In this document: positions 43,708 to 52,472 of the stretch, piece by piece
Layout of the letters: each line of letters starts with the position of its first letter
How positions within the stretch are numbered: position 1 is the first letter of the stretch
Source: Desulfobacterales bacterium
GTDB lineage: Bacteria; Desulfobacterota; Desulfobacteria; Desulfobacterales; JAHEIW01
Length of the DNA: 64,000 nt
Direction: 5' to 3'
Assembly: GCA_050116835.1 (NCBI GenBank)
Contig: JASFNW010000006.1
Coordinates: forward strand, 457 to 64,456
Made by a program: the position numbers and the translations under genes
Notes under the pieces: generated by a model
What the model was told of the DNA's origin: nothing
Database searches by the model: none
The model's input: the letters and a program-made list of their open reading frames with translations, nothing else

Positions 43708-44628
43708 ATGGAGCTGACCGCTTTTCTTTTGCAACAAACAATCAATGCCCTTTTTCTGGGCAGCATTTATGCCCTGATCGCATTGGGCTACACCATGGTA
43801 TACGGCATCGTCGAGTTGATCAATTTCGCTCACGGGGAGCTGTTTACCGCCGGTGCCTTTATCGGCCTCATTGTGCTGACCGCCTTGCAACAAGTCGGAT
43901 GGGTGGACGCCCACTTCATTCTGACCATGTTTATCGTATTCGGCATGGCCATGGTCTATGTGGCTGTACTCGGTGTGGCCGTGGAACATGTGGCCTATAA
44001 ACCCTTGCGGACCTCATCGCGTTTATCGGCGTTGCTCAGCGCACTGGGCATGTCGATCTTTTTATCCAACGGGATGATGCTCAGCCAGGGGGTATCGGAT
44101 CGGCCTTATCCCCAGGTTTTTGGATTGGATGCCATCGATATTATGGGCGCCAGAATCACCAACGGCCAGATCTTCATTATCCTGCTGGCCGTGGCCCTGA
44201 TGGTTGCGTTGCAGCTGTTCGTGCACCGCACCCGTTTGGGCAAAGCCATGCGGGCAACCGCACAGAATAATACCATGGCGCGAATCCTCGGCATCAATAT
44301 AGATCAGACGATTCGCATTACGTTCATGATCGGCCCGGCCCTGGGGGCAGCCGCCGGTGTAATGGTTGGCCTGTATTATGGCGCGGTGCGCTTTGACATG
44401 GGCTTTATTTTCATGATCAAGGCCTTTGCCGCAGCGATTTTGGGAGGAATCGGTTCGATTCCCGGCGCCATGCTGGGCGGATTGATTATTGGCGCCATCG
44501 AGGTGCTCTGGGCCGCTTTTCTGCCCAGTGCCTGGAAAGATGTCACCACGTTTACCGTATTGATTTTAGTTCTTTATTTCAAGCCGAGCGGTCTGTTGGG
44601 TGAAGGTACTGCGGAGGTGCGTGTCTAA
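43708..44628 (+). CDS. livH: ABC transporter permease (LivH-like)
   Basis: 306 aa: ..ALGYTMVYGIVELINFAHGELF.., polytopic. Confidence 0.85.
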   Translation: MELTAFLLQQTINALFLGSIYALIALGYTMVYGIVELINFAHGELFTAGAFIGLIVLTALQQVGWVDAHFILTMFIVFGMAMVYVAVLGVAVEHVAYKPLRTSSRLSALLSALGMSIFLSNGMMLSQGVSDRPYPQVFGLDAIDIMGARITNGQIFIILLAVALMVALQLFVHRTRLGKAMRATAQNNTMARILGINIDQTIRITFMIGPALGAAAGVMVGLYYGAVRFDMGFIFMIKAFAAAILGGIGSIPGAMLGGLIIGAIEVLWAAFLPSAWKDVTTFTVLILVLYFKPSGLLGEGTAEVRV

Positions 44629-45854
44629 TGGTACGACAGGAACTCAAGAAACTGGTCATTTACACATTTTTTCTGGCCGTCCTTCTGATTCCCATGCTGG
44701 GCTTTAGAAGTACCTCTTTCGAACCCGGCCGGGCGTTCAAAACCTTAGGGGTTTTTGTGGCGCTTCTGATTTTAAGCTCTGTGATTAACCTGGTTCGCAG
44801 CCGCTATATGTCAAGCGACACCCAGAAAATTCCCTTTACCGAGCGCGTCGGCGAACAATTCAACCGCGTGCCCAAGCTGTATACCCTGGGGGCGCTGTTT
44901 GCCTTTGCCTTCATCTTTCCGCTGTTTGCCAACAACTACATGATCGATGTCGGCATCACCTGTCTGATCTATGTCTCGCTGGGCTTAGGCTTAAACATTG
45001 TCGTTGGGCTTTGCGGGCTGCTTGATCTGGGCTATATTGCTTTTTATGCTGTCGGCGCATACACTTATTCGCTGCTCAACCTGACCTATGGTCTGTCATT
45101 CTGGGCCGCACTGCCCGTGGGTGTTGTTTTGGGTATGATTGTCGGCTGCATCATCGGCTATCCCACACTAAAGATGCGCGGAGACTATCTGGCAATCGTC
45201 ACACTGGGTTTCGGCGAAATTGTGCGCCTGGTGCTCAACAACTGGGATTCGCTGACCGCCGGTCCCAACGGCCTGTTCGGAATGAAAAGACCCGCGCTAT
45301 ATTATCCGAGTTTTGCCGAGGGTGGACTTGAGTGGGTAACACATTATCTCAAATCCTTGCCCGCTCTTTATTATCTGATTTTGCTCATCGCCATTTTAAC
45401 GATCATCGGTGTCAGACGCCTGGACAACTCCAGAATTGGACGGGCCTGGATCGCCATCCGCGAAGATGAAGTGGCGGCGGAATTATCCGGCGTACCCACC
45501 ACCTGGATCAAACTTCTGGCATACGCTCTGGGGGCCGCCTTTGCCTCGGTGGCCGGCGCCTTTTTTGCAGCCAAACTGAGCTACACCAACCCCAACTTTT
45601 TCCTGTTTATGGAATCGTGTATCGTGCTTTGTATCGTCGTTCTCGGCGGAGTCGGCAGTATACCCGGTATTGTGGTGGCAGGTTTTATCCTGATCGCCGT
45701 GCCCGAGGTATTCCGCGAGCTGGAAAATTACCGCATGCTGGCGTTCGGGGGGATTATGACCACCATGATGGTTCTGAAGCCCGAGGGGTTGATTCCGGCA
45801 TCACGGCGCAGACGGGAGCTGCATGAGGGCAAGAAAAAAGAACCTGAAAACTGA
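44628..45854 (+). CDS. livM: ABC transporter permease (LivM-like)
   Basis: 408 aa, polytopic. TAATG overlap with livH. Confidence 0.85.
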   Translation: MVRQELKKLVIYTFFLAVLLIPMLGFRSTSFEPGRAFKTLGVFVALLILSSVINLVRSRYMSSDTQKIPFTERVGEQFNRVPKLYTLGALFAFAFIFPLFANNYMIDVGITCLIYVSLGLGLNIVVGLCGLLDLGYIAFYAVGAYTYSLLNLTYGLSFWAALPVGVVLGMIVGCIIGYPTLKMRGDYLAIVTLGFGEIVRLVLNNWDSLTAGPNGLFGMKRPALYYPSFAEGGLEWVTHYLKSLPALYYLILLIAILTIIGVRRLDNSRIGRAWIAIREDEVAAELSGVPTTWIKLLAYALGAAFASVAGAFFAAKLSYTNPNFFLFMESCIVLCIVVLGGVGSIPGIVVAGFILIAVPEVFRELENYRMLAFGGIMTTMMVLKPEGLIPASRRRRELHEGKKKEPEN

Positions 45855-45862
45855 AATTCGCA

Positions 45863-46585
45863 ATGATGGACAACCAACCAATTCTCGAACTTCGCGAAGT
45901 TCACACCTACTACGGCAACATTCATGCCTTAAAGGGTATATCCTGTTCCATATCAAAGGGGAATATCGCCTGCCTGATTGGTGCCAACGGTGCCGGCAAA
46001 TCAACGACCCTGATGACCATCTTCGGGGTCCAGCAGGCCGCCAAAGGTGAGATCCTCTTCAACGGCGAACCCCTCCATCGGCTGCGGCCTGAACAGGTGG
46101 CAGCCAAAGGCGTTTCGCAGATACCGGAGGGACGTCAAATTTTTCCACGCATGTCGGCGCTGGAAAACCTTCAGATGGGTGCCTTTCTGCGTAAAGACAA
46201 AGATGAGGTGGACAAGGATATGGAGTGGGTATTCAGCCTATTTCCGGCGCTAAAAGAGCGTCGGCGTCAACTGGGCGGCACCCTCAGCGGCGGCGAGCAA
46301 CAGATGCTGGCCATTGGTCGGGCGCTCATGTCGCGGCCCACCTTGTTGCTGCTGGATGAGCCGTCCCTGGGTCTGGCACCGAAGCTGGTGGAAAAAATTT
46401 TTGAAACGATTGAGGAAATCAACAAACAGGGGGTCACCATTTTCCTTGTGGAGCAGAACGCCCACATGGCTCTGACAATTTCAGCTACCGGCTATGTCAT
46501 GGAAACCGGGCGCATTGTACTGAGCGATAAAGCCGCCGCTCTGCTGGAAAATGAACAGGTAAAGAAAGCCTATCTGGGCGAATAG
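45863..46585 (+). CDS. livF: ABC transporter ATPase (LivF-like)
   Basis: 240 aa. GANGAGKSTT, LSGGEQQMLAIGRAL, LLLLDEPSLG. Confidence 0.85.
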   Translation: MMDNQPILELREVHTYYGNIHALKGISCSISKGNIACLIGANGAGKSTTLMTIFGVQQAAKGEILFNGEPLHRLRPEQVAAKGVSQIPEGRQIFPRMSALENLQMGAFLRKDKDEVDKDMEWVFSLFPALKERRRQLGGTLSGGEQQMLAIGRALMSRPTLLLLDEPSLGLAPKLVEKIFETIEEINKQGVTIFLVEQNAHMALTISATGYVMETGRIVLSDKAAALLENEQVKKAYLGE

Positions 46586-46787
46586 TGTTCATTTTAGAAT
46601 TTGGATTAAATGATAGAATCACCTAAAGTATAATCTCCTTCCTTAGAGTTGCGACTGCCTTATAAAACCCATTATTTCAGCCCGATCAGTACCCGACTGA
46701 TCGTGACAACTGGAATGCCATGCATTACGTTTAACCCTAACCGTTAATTGAATAGTTATAATCAATCCATACATTAAACAAAAAATT

Positions 46788-49700
46788 ATGCCTGATAATA
46801 AAAACATCATCGAAGCCGCCATTGCTCTGGCCGAAAACTGGCAAAAGCGGGCCAACGCCTTAATGCGCCCACAGGATAAAAAACGATACAATCAGCTGGC
46901 TCGCCTGCTGGCCAATCCACAAGATAAAATTATGCTGACCCAGCTCATCGATCAAAGCTTCCGATCCGCCAGCCCGCGGCGGGTGGCCGATCAGATCTGT
47001 TACCTGCTTGACGTGTGCGGCATCCCCGGCTTTTTTTTACCTCTTGAACGCCTGCTGATGCACATCTTTAAGCTCACCGCACGCTTGTTTCCGAATTTGA
47101 CGGTCCCGCAAATGATCAAAAAAATGCGGGCAGACACCCGCCACACAATTATCCCGGGTGAAACCGATGCATTGCAGCGGTATTTGCAAAGCAGAAATGC
47201 ACAAGGGGTAAGGGTCAACATCAACCATCTGGGGGAAGCGGTTTTGGGAGAAGACGAGGCGCGCAAGCAACTGGATCAATATCTGCATGATTTGAAAAAT
47301 CCGGACATCGAATACGTCTCGGTTAAAATTTCAACCATCTTCTCACAGATCCTACCGCTCGCATTTGAGTATTCGGTCAATCATGTCAGCGAGCGGCTGG
47401 CCGAACTCTATCGCACGGCTGCCGATCATCCGTTCACCAGGTCCGACGGTCACCGCATCCCTAAATTCGTCAACCTGGACATGGAAAACTACCGGGACCT
47501 GGCCATTACGGCCGCCGCCTTCATGCGAACCCTGGATCTGCCGGAATTTAAGTCCTATTTCGCCGGAATGGCCTTGCAGGCTTACTTGCCGGATTCATAT
47601 GGCATGCTGCAAGAAGTTACCCGCTGGGCCCGTCAGCGCGTGGCGGCCGGCGGAAGCCCGGTCAAAATTCGCATCGTTAAGGGCGCCAACATGGAAATGG
47701 AAAAAGTCGAGGCCTCCATTTTTGACTGGCCCCTGGCTCCCTATGACGACAAGCTTTTAACCGACGCCAATTACAAACGCATGGTCGATTTTGGCATGCA
47801 GCCTGAAAATATCCGGGCGGTCCACCTGGGAATTGCCTCCCACAACTTATTCGAACTGGCCTATGCCTATCTGACCGCTCAACAAAACGAGGTGCTACCC
47901 TATTTTTCATTTGAGATGCTGGAAGGTATGGCAGACCATGTGCGCCGTGCCATTCAGGAAACCGGCCAGGAAATCGTGCTCTACGCGCCGGTTGCCACCC
48001 GGGCACAATTTATCAATGCCATTGCTTATTTGATTCGTCGCCTGGATGAAAATTCCGGCCGGCAAAATTTTTTACGCCATATCAGCGATCTACATACGCG
48101 ATCCCGCAGATGGCAAACGCTTGCCGACCGGTTTGCCGACTCTGTCCGCCAAAAAAGCAAGGCACGCCGGACACCCCACCGCAAACAAAACCGGCTCAAC
48201 GAAACCTTTTCGGGCCCGGCGCCATCGATGGCCCTTTCGGAATTTCAAAACGAACCCAACACCGATTGGTCTCTGGCCGCCAATCGCAAATGGGCCGCGG
48301 CCATTCGTCAAAAATGGAAAAAGAATGCGACAAACCGTCCCCCTGATATCCCGCTCGTCGTCGGCGGTGAGAACATTTTTGCGGACCGCAACCGAAAGGA
48401 AAGACGAGATCCGGCTCAAATCAATGCCGATGTTATCGTGGCCCGCTTTGCCCTGGCCAATGCAGCCGATGTCGATAAGGCTGCTGCAACCGCCAAAAGC
48501 GATCCGGACGGATGGCGCCGCAAAAGCGTTAAGGAACGCCAGCAGATACTGTCGCAAGTGGCCATGCAACTCCGCAGGGCTCGCGGCGATCTAATCGGGG
48601 CTGCTGCAGCCGATACCGGCAAGGTGTTTGCCGAATCCGATGTGGAGGTTTCCGAGGCGATCGATTTTGCCGAATTTTATCCCCGTTCGGCAAACCGTTT
48701 TGCCGACATTCAGACCATCCGCTGCCGCCCCAAAGGCGTCGGTGTGGTGATCTCGCCATGGAATTTTCCGATTGCCATTCCATGCGGGGGCATCGTGGCT
48801 TCGCTGGCAGCCGGCAACACCGTTATCTTCAAGCCGTCTTCCGAGGCGGTGCTGGTGGCCTGGGAGCTGTGTCAGTGCTTTTGGCGAGGCGGTGTGTCCA
48901 AAAACGTGCTGCAGTTTTTACCCTGCGCCGCCAAGACTGCCGGCAATCATTTAGTCGTGCACCCGGATGTGGATTTTATCATTCTGACCGGCGGCACAGC
49001 CACCGGCCTGGACATCTTGAGGCAGCGACCGGAGGTCTATCTGGCCGCTGAAACCGGCGGGAAAAACGCCACCATTGTGACGGCTATGTCGGATCGCGAT
49101 CAAGCCATCGGCGATATCATCTATTCGGCTTTCGGCAACAGCGGTCAAAAATGTTCGGCCACGTCACTGTTGATCCTTGAAAAAGAAGTTTATGACGACC
49201 CCCACTTTAAAACACAGCTGGTCGATGCGGCTCGCAGTTTTCGCACCGGTTCTGCCTGGAATTTTGAAAACAAAATGGGACCGCTGATCCACCCGCCCGG
49301 CGGAGATTTGAAAAAGGCGCTGACGCAGCTGGAAGCGGGGGAAAACTGGGCATTGAAGCCTGAAATGATGGATGGCAATCCGCATCTGTGGACACCGGGA
49401 ATCAAATGGGATGTCCGCCGGGGCAGTATCACTCACATGACCGAATTTTTTGGCCCTCTGCTGGGGGTGATGCGCGTGGAAAATTTACAGCAGGCCATCG
49501 AATGGGTCAACCAAACCGGCTATGGCCTCACCTCCGGTCTGGAAAGCCTGGATCCGCGTGAGCACGTCTTCTGGAAGGAGCATGTCAGGGCGGGCAACCT
49601 GTACATCAACCGGGGCACCACCGGTGCGGTGACCCTGCGCCAGCCCTTCGGGGGAATGGGCAAATCGGCTTTAGGCGCCGGTTTCAAAGCCGGTGGGCCC

Positions 49701-50390
49701 ACATATGTTGCCCAGTTTATGCAGTTTGAAGAAACTGAAATGCCGAGGGTCGGTTCACTCCAGCACCCGTATCCTCTGCTGCATCTGGCGCAGTTGTGGC
49801 AGCGAAAATGTGATTGGGGAAATTTTGAGGGTGTCGAAACCGGTATCATCAAAACCGTAAGGGCCATCAAAAGCTACCTGTACTGGGTTGAACAGGTGTT
49901 CGCTCGGGAAACTGACTACTTCCATCTGCGAGGCCAGGACAATATCCTACGCTATCTGCCGGTCGGGAAAATGGTCGTCCGCTTACATGCAGCAGACAGC
50001 CTGTTTGAAACCCTGGCTCGCATTGCAGCGGCCCGCATTACCGGATGCGACTTGACGGTCAGTGCGCCCGAAAATTTGCACAATGCGGTTACGCAATTTT
50101 TATTCACTGTAGAGGGCCGGCGGCTGATGGGCGGTCTTTCGGTTTTGCGGGAAACCGATGCGGACCTGATCGCCAAAATGCCTGCCATTGACCGCATCCG
50201 CTATGCCGCCCCGGAGCGGGTGCCGCCTGAGCTGTTTGCAGCCGCCGCCAAAACCGGATTCTATATCTCCCGCAATCCGGTGGCAATGGAAGGCCGCATC
50301 GAGCTGCTGCAATACTACCGCCAGCAGAGCATCTGTCACACCTACCATCGCTACGGCAATCTGGGTGAACGCGCTCTGGAATGGGAATAA
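46788..50390 (+). CDS. putA: bifunctional proline dehydrogenase / L-glutamate-gamma-semialdehyde dehydrogenase PutA
   Basis: 1200 aa. PRODH barrel (..SVKISTI.., ..IRIVKGANMEME.., ..FEMLEGMAD..) followed by an ALDH domain (..ISPWNFP.., ..ETGGKNA.., ..GQKCSA.., ..EFFGPLLGV..). Confidence 0.9.
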   Translation: MPDNKNIIEAAIALAENWQKRANALMRPQDKKRYNQLARLLANPQDKIMLTQLIDQSFRSASPRRVADQICYLLDVCGIPGFFLPLERLLMHIFKLTARLFPNLTVPQMIKKMRADTRHTIIPGETDALQRYLQSRNAQGVRVNINHLGEAVLGEDEARKQLDQYLHDLKNPDIEYVSVKISTIFSQILPLAFEYSVNHVSERLAELYRTAADHPFTRSDGHRIPKFVNLDMENYRDLAITAAAFMRTLDLPEFKSYFAGMALQAYLPDSYGMLQEVTRWARQRVAAGGSPVKIRIVKGANMEMEKVEASIFDWPLAPYDDKLLTDANYKRMVDFGMQPENIRAVHLGIASHNLFELAYAYLTAQQNEVLPYFSFEMLEGMADHVRRAIQETGQEIVLYAPVATRAQFINAIAYLIRRLDENSGRQNFLRHISDLHTRSRRWQTLADRFADSVRQKSKARRTPHRKQNRLNETFSGPAPSMALSEFQNEPNTDWSLAANRKWAAAIRQKWKKNATNRPPDIPLVVGGENIFADRNRKERRDPAQINADVIVARFALANAADVDKAAATAKSDPDGWRRKSVKERQQILSQVAMQLRRARGDLIGAAAADTGKVFAESDVEVSEAIDFAEFYPRSANRFADIQTIRCRPKGVGVVISPWNFPIAIPCGGIVASLAAGNTVIFKPSSEAVLVAWELCQCFWRGGVSKNVLQFLPCAAKTAGNHLVVHPDVDFIILTGGTATGLDILRQRPEVYLAAETGGKNATIVTAMSDRDQAIGDIIYSAFGNSGQKCSATSLLILEKEVYDDPHFKTQLVDAARSFRTGSAWNFENKMGPLIHPPGGDLKKALTQLEAGENWALKPEMMDGNPHLWTPGIKWDVRRGSITHMTEFFGPLLGVMRVENLQQAIEWVNQTGYGLTSGLESLDPREHVFWKEHVRAGNLYINRGTTGAVTLRQPFGGMGKSALGAGFKAGGPTYVAQFMQFEETEMPRVGSLQHPYPLLHLAQLWQRKCDWGNFEGVETGIIKTVRAIKSYLYWVEQVFARETDYFHLRGQDNILRYLPVGKMVVRLHAADSLFETLARIAAARITGCDLTVSAPENLHNAVTQFLFTVEGRRLMGGLSVLRETDADLIAKMPAIDRIRYAAPERVPPELFAAAAKTGFYISRNPVAMEGRIELLQYYRQQSICHTYHRYGNLGERALEWE

Positions 50391-50438
50391 ATTGATGACT
50401 TGTCCCGGCGTAGCATTTTGATGCGAGGACGGAAACTC

Positions 50439-50464
50439 GACAGAGCAGAAATGGATCCTCTGTC
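50439..50464. terminator. weak hairpin between convergent putA and ABC-ATPase genes
   Basis: GACAGAG-(12 nt)-CTCTGTC, a 7-bp stem with no clear U-tract on either strand. Confidence 0.3.
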
Positions 50465-50493
50465 TTCTGACATCTGATCTCTGTCATCTGTAT

Positions 50494-51213
50494 TTACAGC
50501 GCACAGTATTTTTCATAGGCATCCTGGGAGAGAGTATGAATCGCGCTTTCGTGGCAGACACTGCCCTGATAGACGAGATAAGCGCGATCGCAGGTGTGTC
50601 TGGCAAAATTCAGGTTCTGTTCAGCCAGCAAGATCGATACCCCTTCAGACTTCAGACGTTGAATCGTCTGGGCCAGTTGTTCGACAATGACCGGTGCCAG
50701 CCCCTCCGAGGGTTCGTCTAAAATGATCATTTCGGGATTGCCCATCAGGGTGCGGGCGATGGTCAACATTTGCTGCTCACCCCCGCTGAGGGTGCCGCCG
50801 GCCTGATTGCGCCGTTCTGCTAAATTCGGAAACAGCTCAAATATGCGTTCAGGCGTCCAGGGCTCGAGACCCTCGCGCGGCGGCTGTTTGCCGACTTCCA
50901 GATTCTCCAAAATGGTCAGCTTGGAAAAAATCCGTCGATCCTCGGGCACGTAACCCAGCCCGAGGGCACAGGTTTTAAACGGCGGTAATTTTTGAATCGC
51001 CTTGCCCTTGTAAAATATTTGGCCGCTTTTGGGCGCGACGATACCCATTATGGATTTAAACGTTGTCGTCTTGCCGGCACCATTGCGCCCGAGCAACACA
51101 TTGACTTCTCCGCATTTAACCTCAAGGGCCATGTCAAATAATATCTGGGCCTTGCCGTAAAATGTGTTGAGGGCGTCAACCTTCAACATAATCTCTTGAG
51201 TGTCTGTGTGCAT
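50494..51213 (-). CDS. ABC transporter ATPase (LivF-like)
   Basis: GRNGAGKTTT, LSGGEQQMLTIARTL, MIILDEPSEG. The start may instead be ATG 51189 (MLKVDALNTFYG). Confidence 0.85.
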   Translation of the reverse strand: MHTDTQEIMLKVDALNTFYGKAQILFDMALEVKCGEVNVLLGRNGAGKTTTFKSIMGIVAPKSGQIFYKGKAIQKLPPFKTCALGLGYVPEDRRIFSKLTILENLEVGKQPPREGLEPWTPERIFELFPNLAERRNQAGGTLSGGEQQMLTIARTLMGNPEMIILDEPSEGLAPVIVEQLAQTIQRLKSEGVSILLAEQNLNFARHTCDRAYLVYQGSVCHESAIHTLSQDAYEKYCAL

Positions 51214-51523
51214 AGCAATTTATTCAACAATTATTTCAGAGGTCGAAGTGTTTTACATCCAAACCCTCACAGTGAGCAGAATGAACGATCGTTCGCGAAG
51301 ACCGCGCACTGTTTGAGTGCATTAGGGATCGTTGCAAAAGAACAGGAATCGGCAAGATGTCATGGATCTCAAATTAGATTCAAAACATGATAGCCTATTG
51401 TTATATAACCTTCACTGTTATTTTGCACCGAGCCCTTATGCACGAGTTTGCGCGGCTTTCGCGAGCGATTATTCATGGAGCAGCTCTCAGTTGCAAAAAC
51501 GCACCGATCCCTCGATTATTAGA

Positions 51524-52291
51524 TTATTCTTTCACCGGACCGGCAGTTTCACCGCGTCCCAGATAGATTTCCTTAACCCTTTCGTTCGCTTGAACTTCAT
51601 CCGGAGAGCCCTCGGCCACCAGCTCGCCGCGATTTAAGACAATGATGCGATCGGCATAGTTAAAGACCACATCCATATCATGTTCAGTGAAAAGCACACC
51701 GATATTTTGCGTGCGCACAATATCTTTTGTCAATTCCATCAGGTTTTGAGCCTCTGCCGGTCCCATCCCGGCTGTGGGTTCATCCATGAGCAGCAATCTT
51801 GGTTTATTTGCCAGTGCCACGGCCAGCTCCACGCGTTTCAGGTCGCCATAGGCCAAAACACCACAGGCCCGATCAGCCTGATCTTCAATCCCCAGCAATT
51901 TGAGCAGCGCCATAGATTCTTCTACATACAGACGGCTGACCTTCTTCAACAGAGATTTGGTGCGCCGGTGATAGGAAACAAGCACCATTTGAACATTTTC
52001 CAGTACCGACATGGAGGCAAAAGTGGAGGTTATCTGAAAAGTGCGACCGACGCCCAGCTTCCAGACATCTCTGGGTTTACTGCCATTGACGTTTTTTCCC
52101 ATGATGACAATATCACCATGATCCGGTCGAAGTTGCCCGTTGATGAGATTAAAACAGGTGGATTTTCCGGCCCCGTTGGGTCCGATCATTGCCAATAACT
52201 GCCCGTCTTTCAGTTGAAAGCTTACATCGACAATGGCTTTAACGCCGCCAAAGGCCTTATGAAGGTTATGCACTTCTAAAATCGTTGCCAT
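51524..52291 (-). CDS. ABC transporter ATPase (LivG-like)
   Basis: Start at ATG 52291 (MATILEVHNLHKAFGG). GPNGAGKST, YGDLKRVELAVAL, LLLMDEPTAG. The track extension to 52381 runs into a repeat element. Confidence 0.85.
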   Translation of the reverse strand: MATILEVHNLHKAFGGVKAIVDVSFQLKDGQLLAMIGPNGAGKSTCFNLINGQLRPDHGDIVIMGKNVNGSKPRDVWKLGVGRTFQITSTFASMSVLENVQMVLVSYHRRTKSLLKKVSRLYVEESMALLKLLGIEDQADRACGVLAYGDLKRVELAVALANKPRLLLMDEPTAGMGPAEAQNLMELTKDIVRTQNIGVLFTEHDMDVVFNYADRIIVLNRGELVAEGSPDEVQANERVKEIYLGRGETAGPVKE

Positions 52292-52348
52292 GGTATTCTC
52301 TTTGTCGCAACATGGTGGTCGGACATACTCTAAAAGCGATAATGCAAA

Positions 52349-52432
52349 AACCACCACGAAAACACGAAAGGAAAGAACCACGAAATAATTCTTTGGTTTT
52401 CGTATTTTAAAATTTTCGTGCTTTTGTGGTTA
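52349..52432. repeat. CACGAAA-type intergenic palindromic element (copy B)
   Basis: AACCACCACGAAAACACGAAAGGAAAGAACCACGAAA ... TTTTCGTATTTTAAAATTTTCGTGCTTTTGTGGTT. Lies between the permease and ATPase genes. Confidence 0.7.
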
Positions 52433-52472
52433 AATCATTCTTCCTGTCTTTTCGTACCTTAAAGTGATAAGG

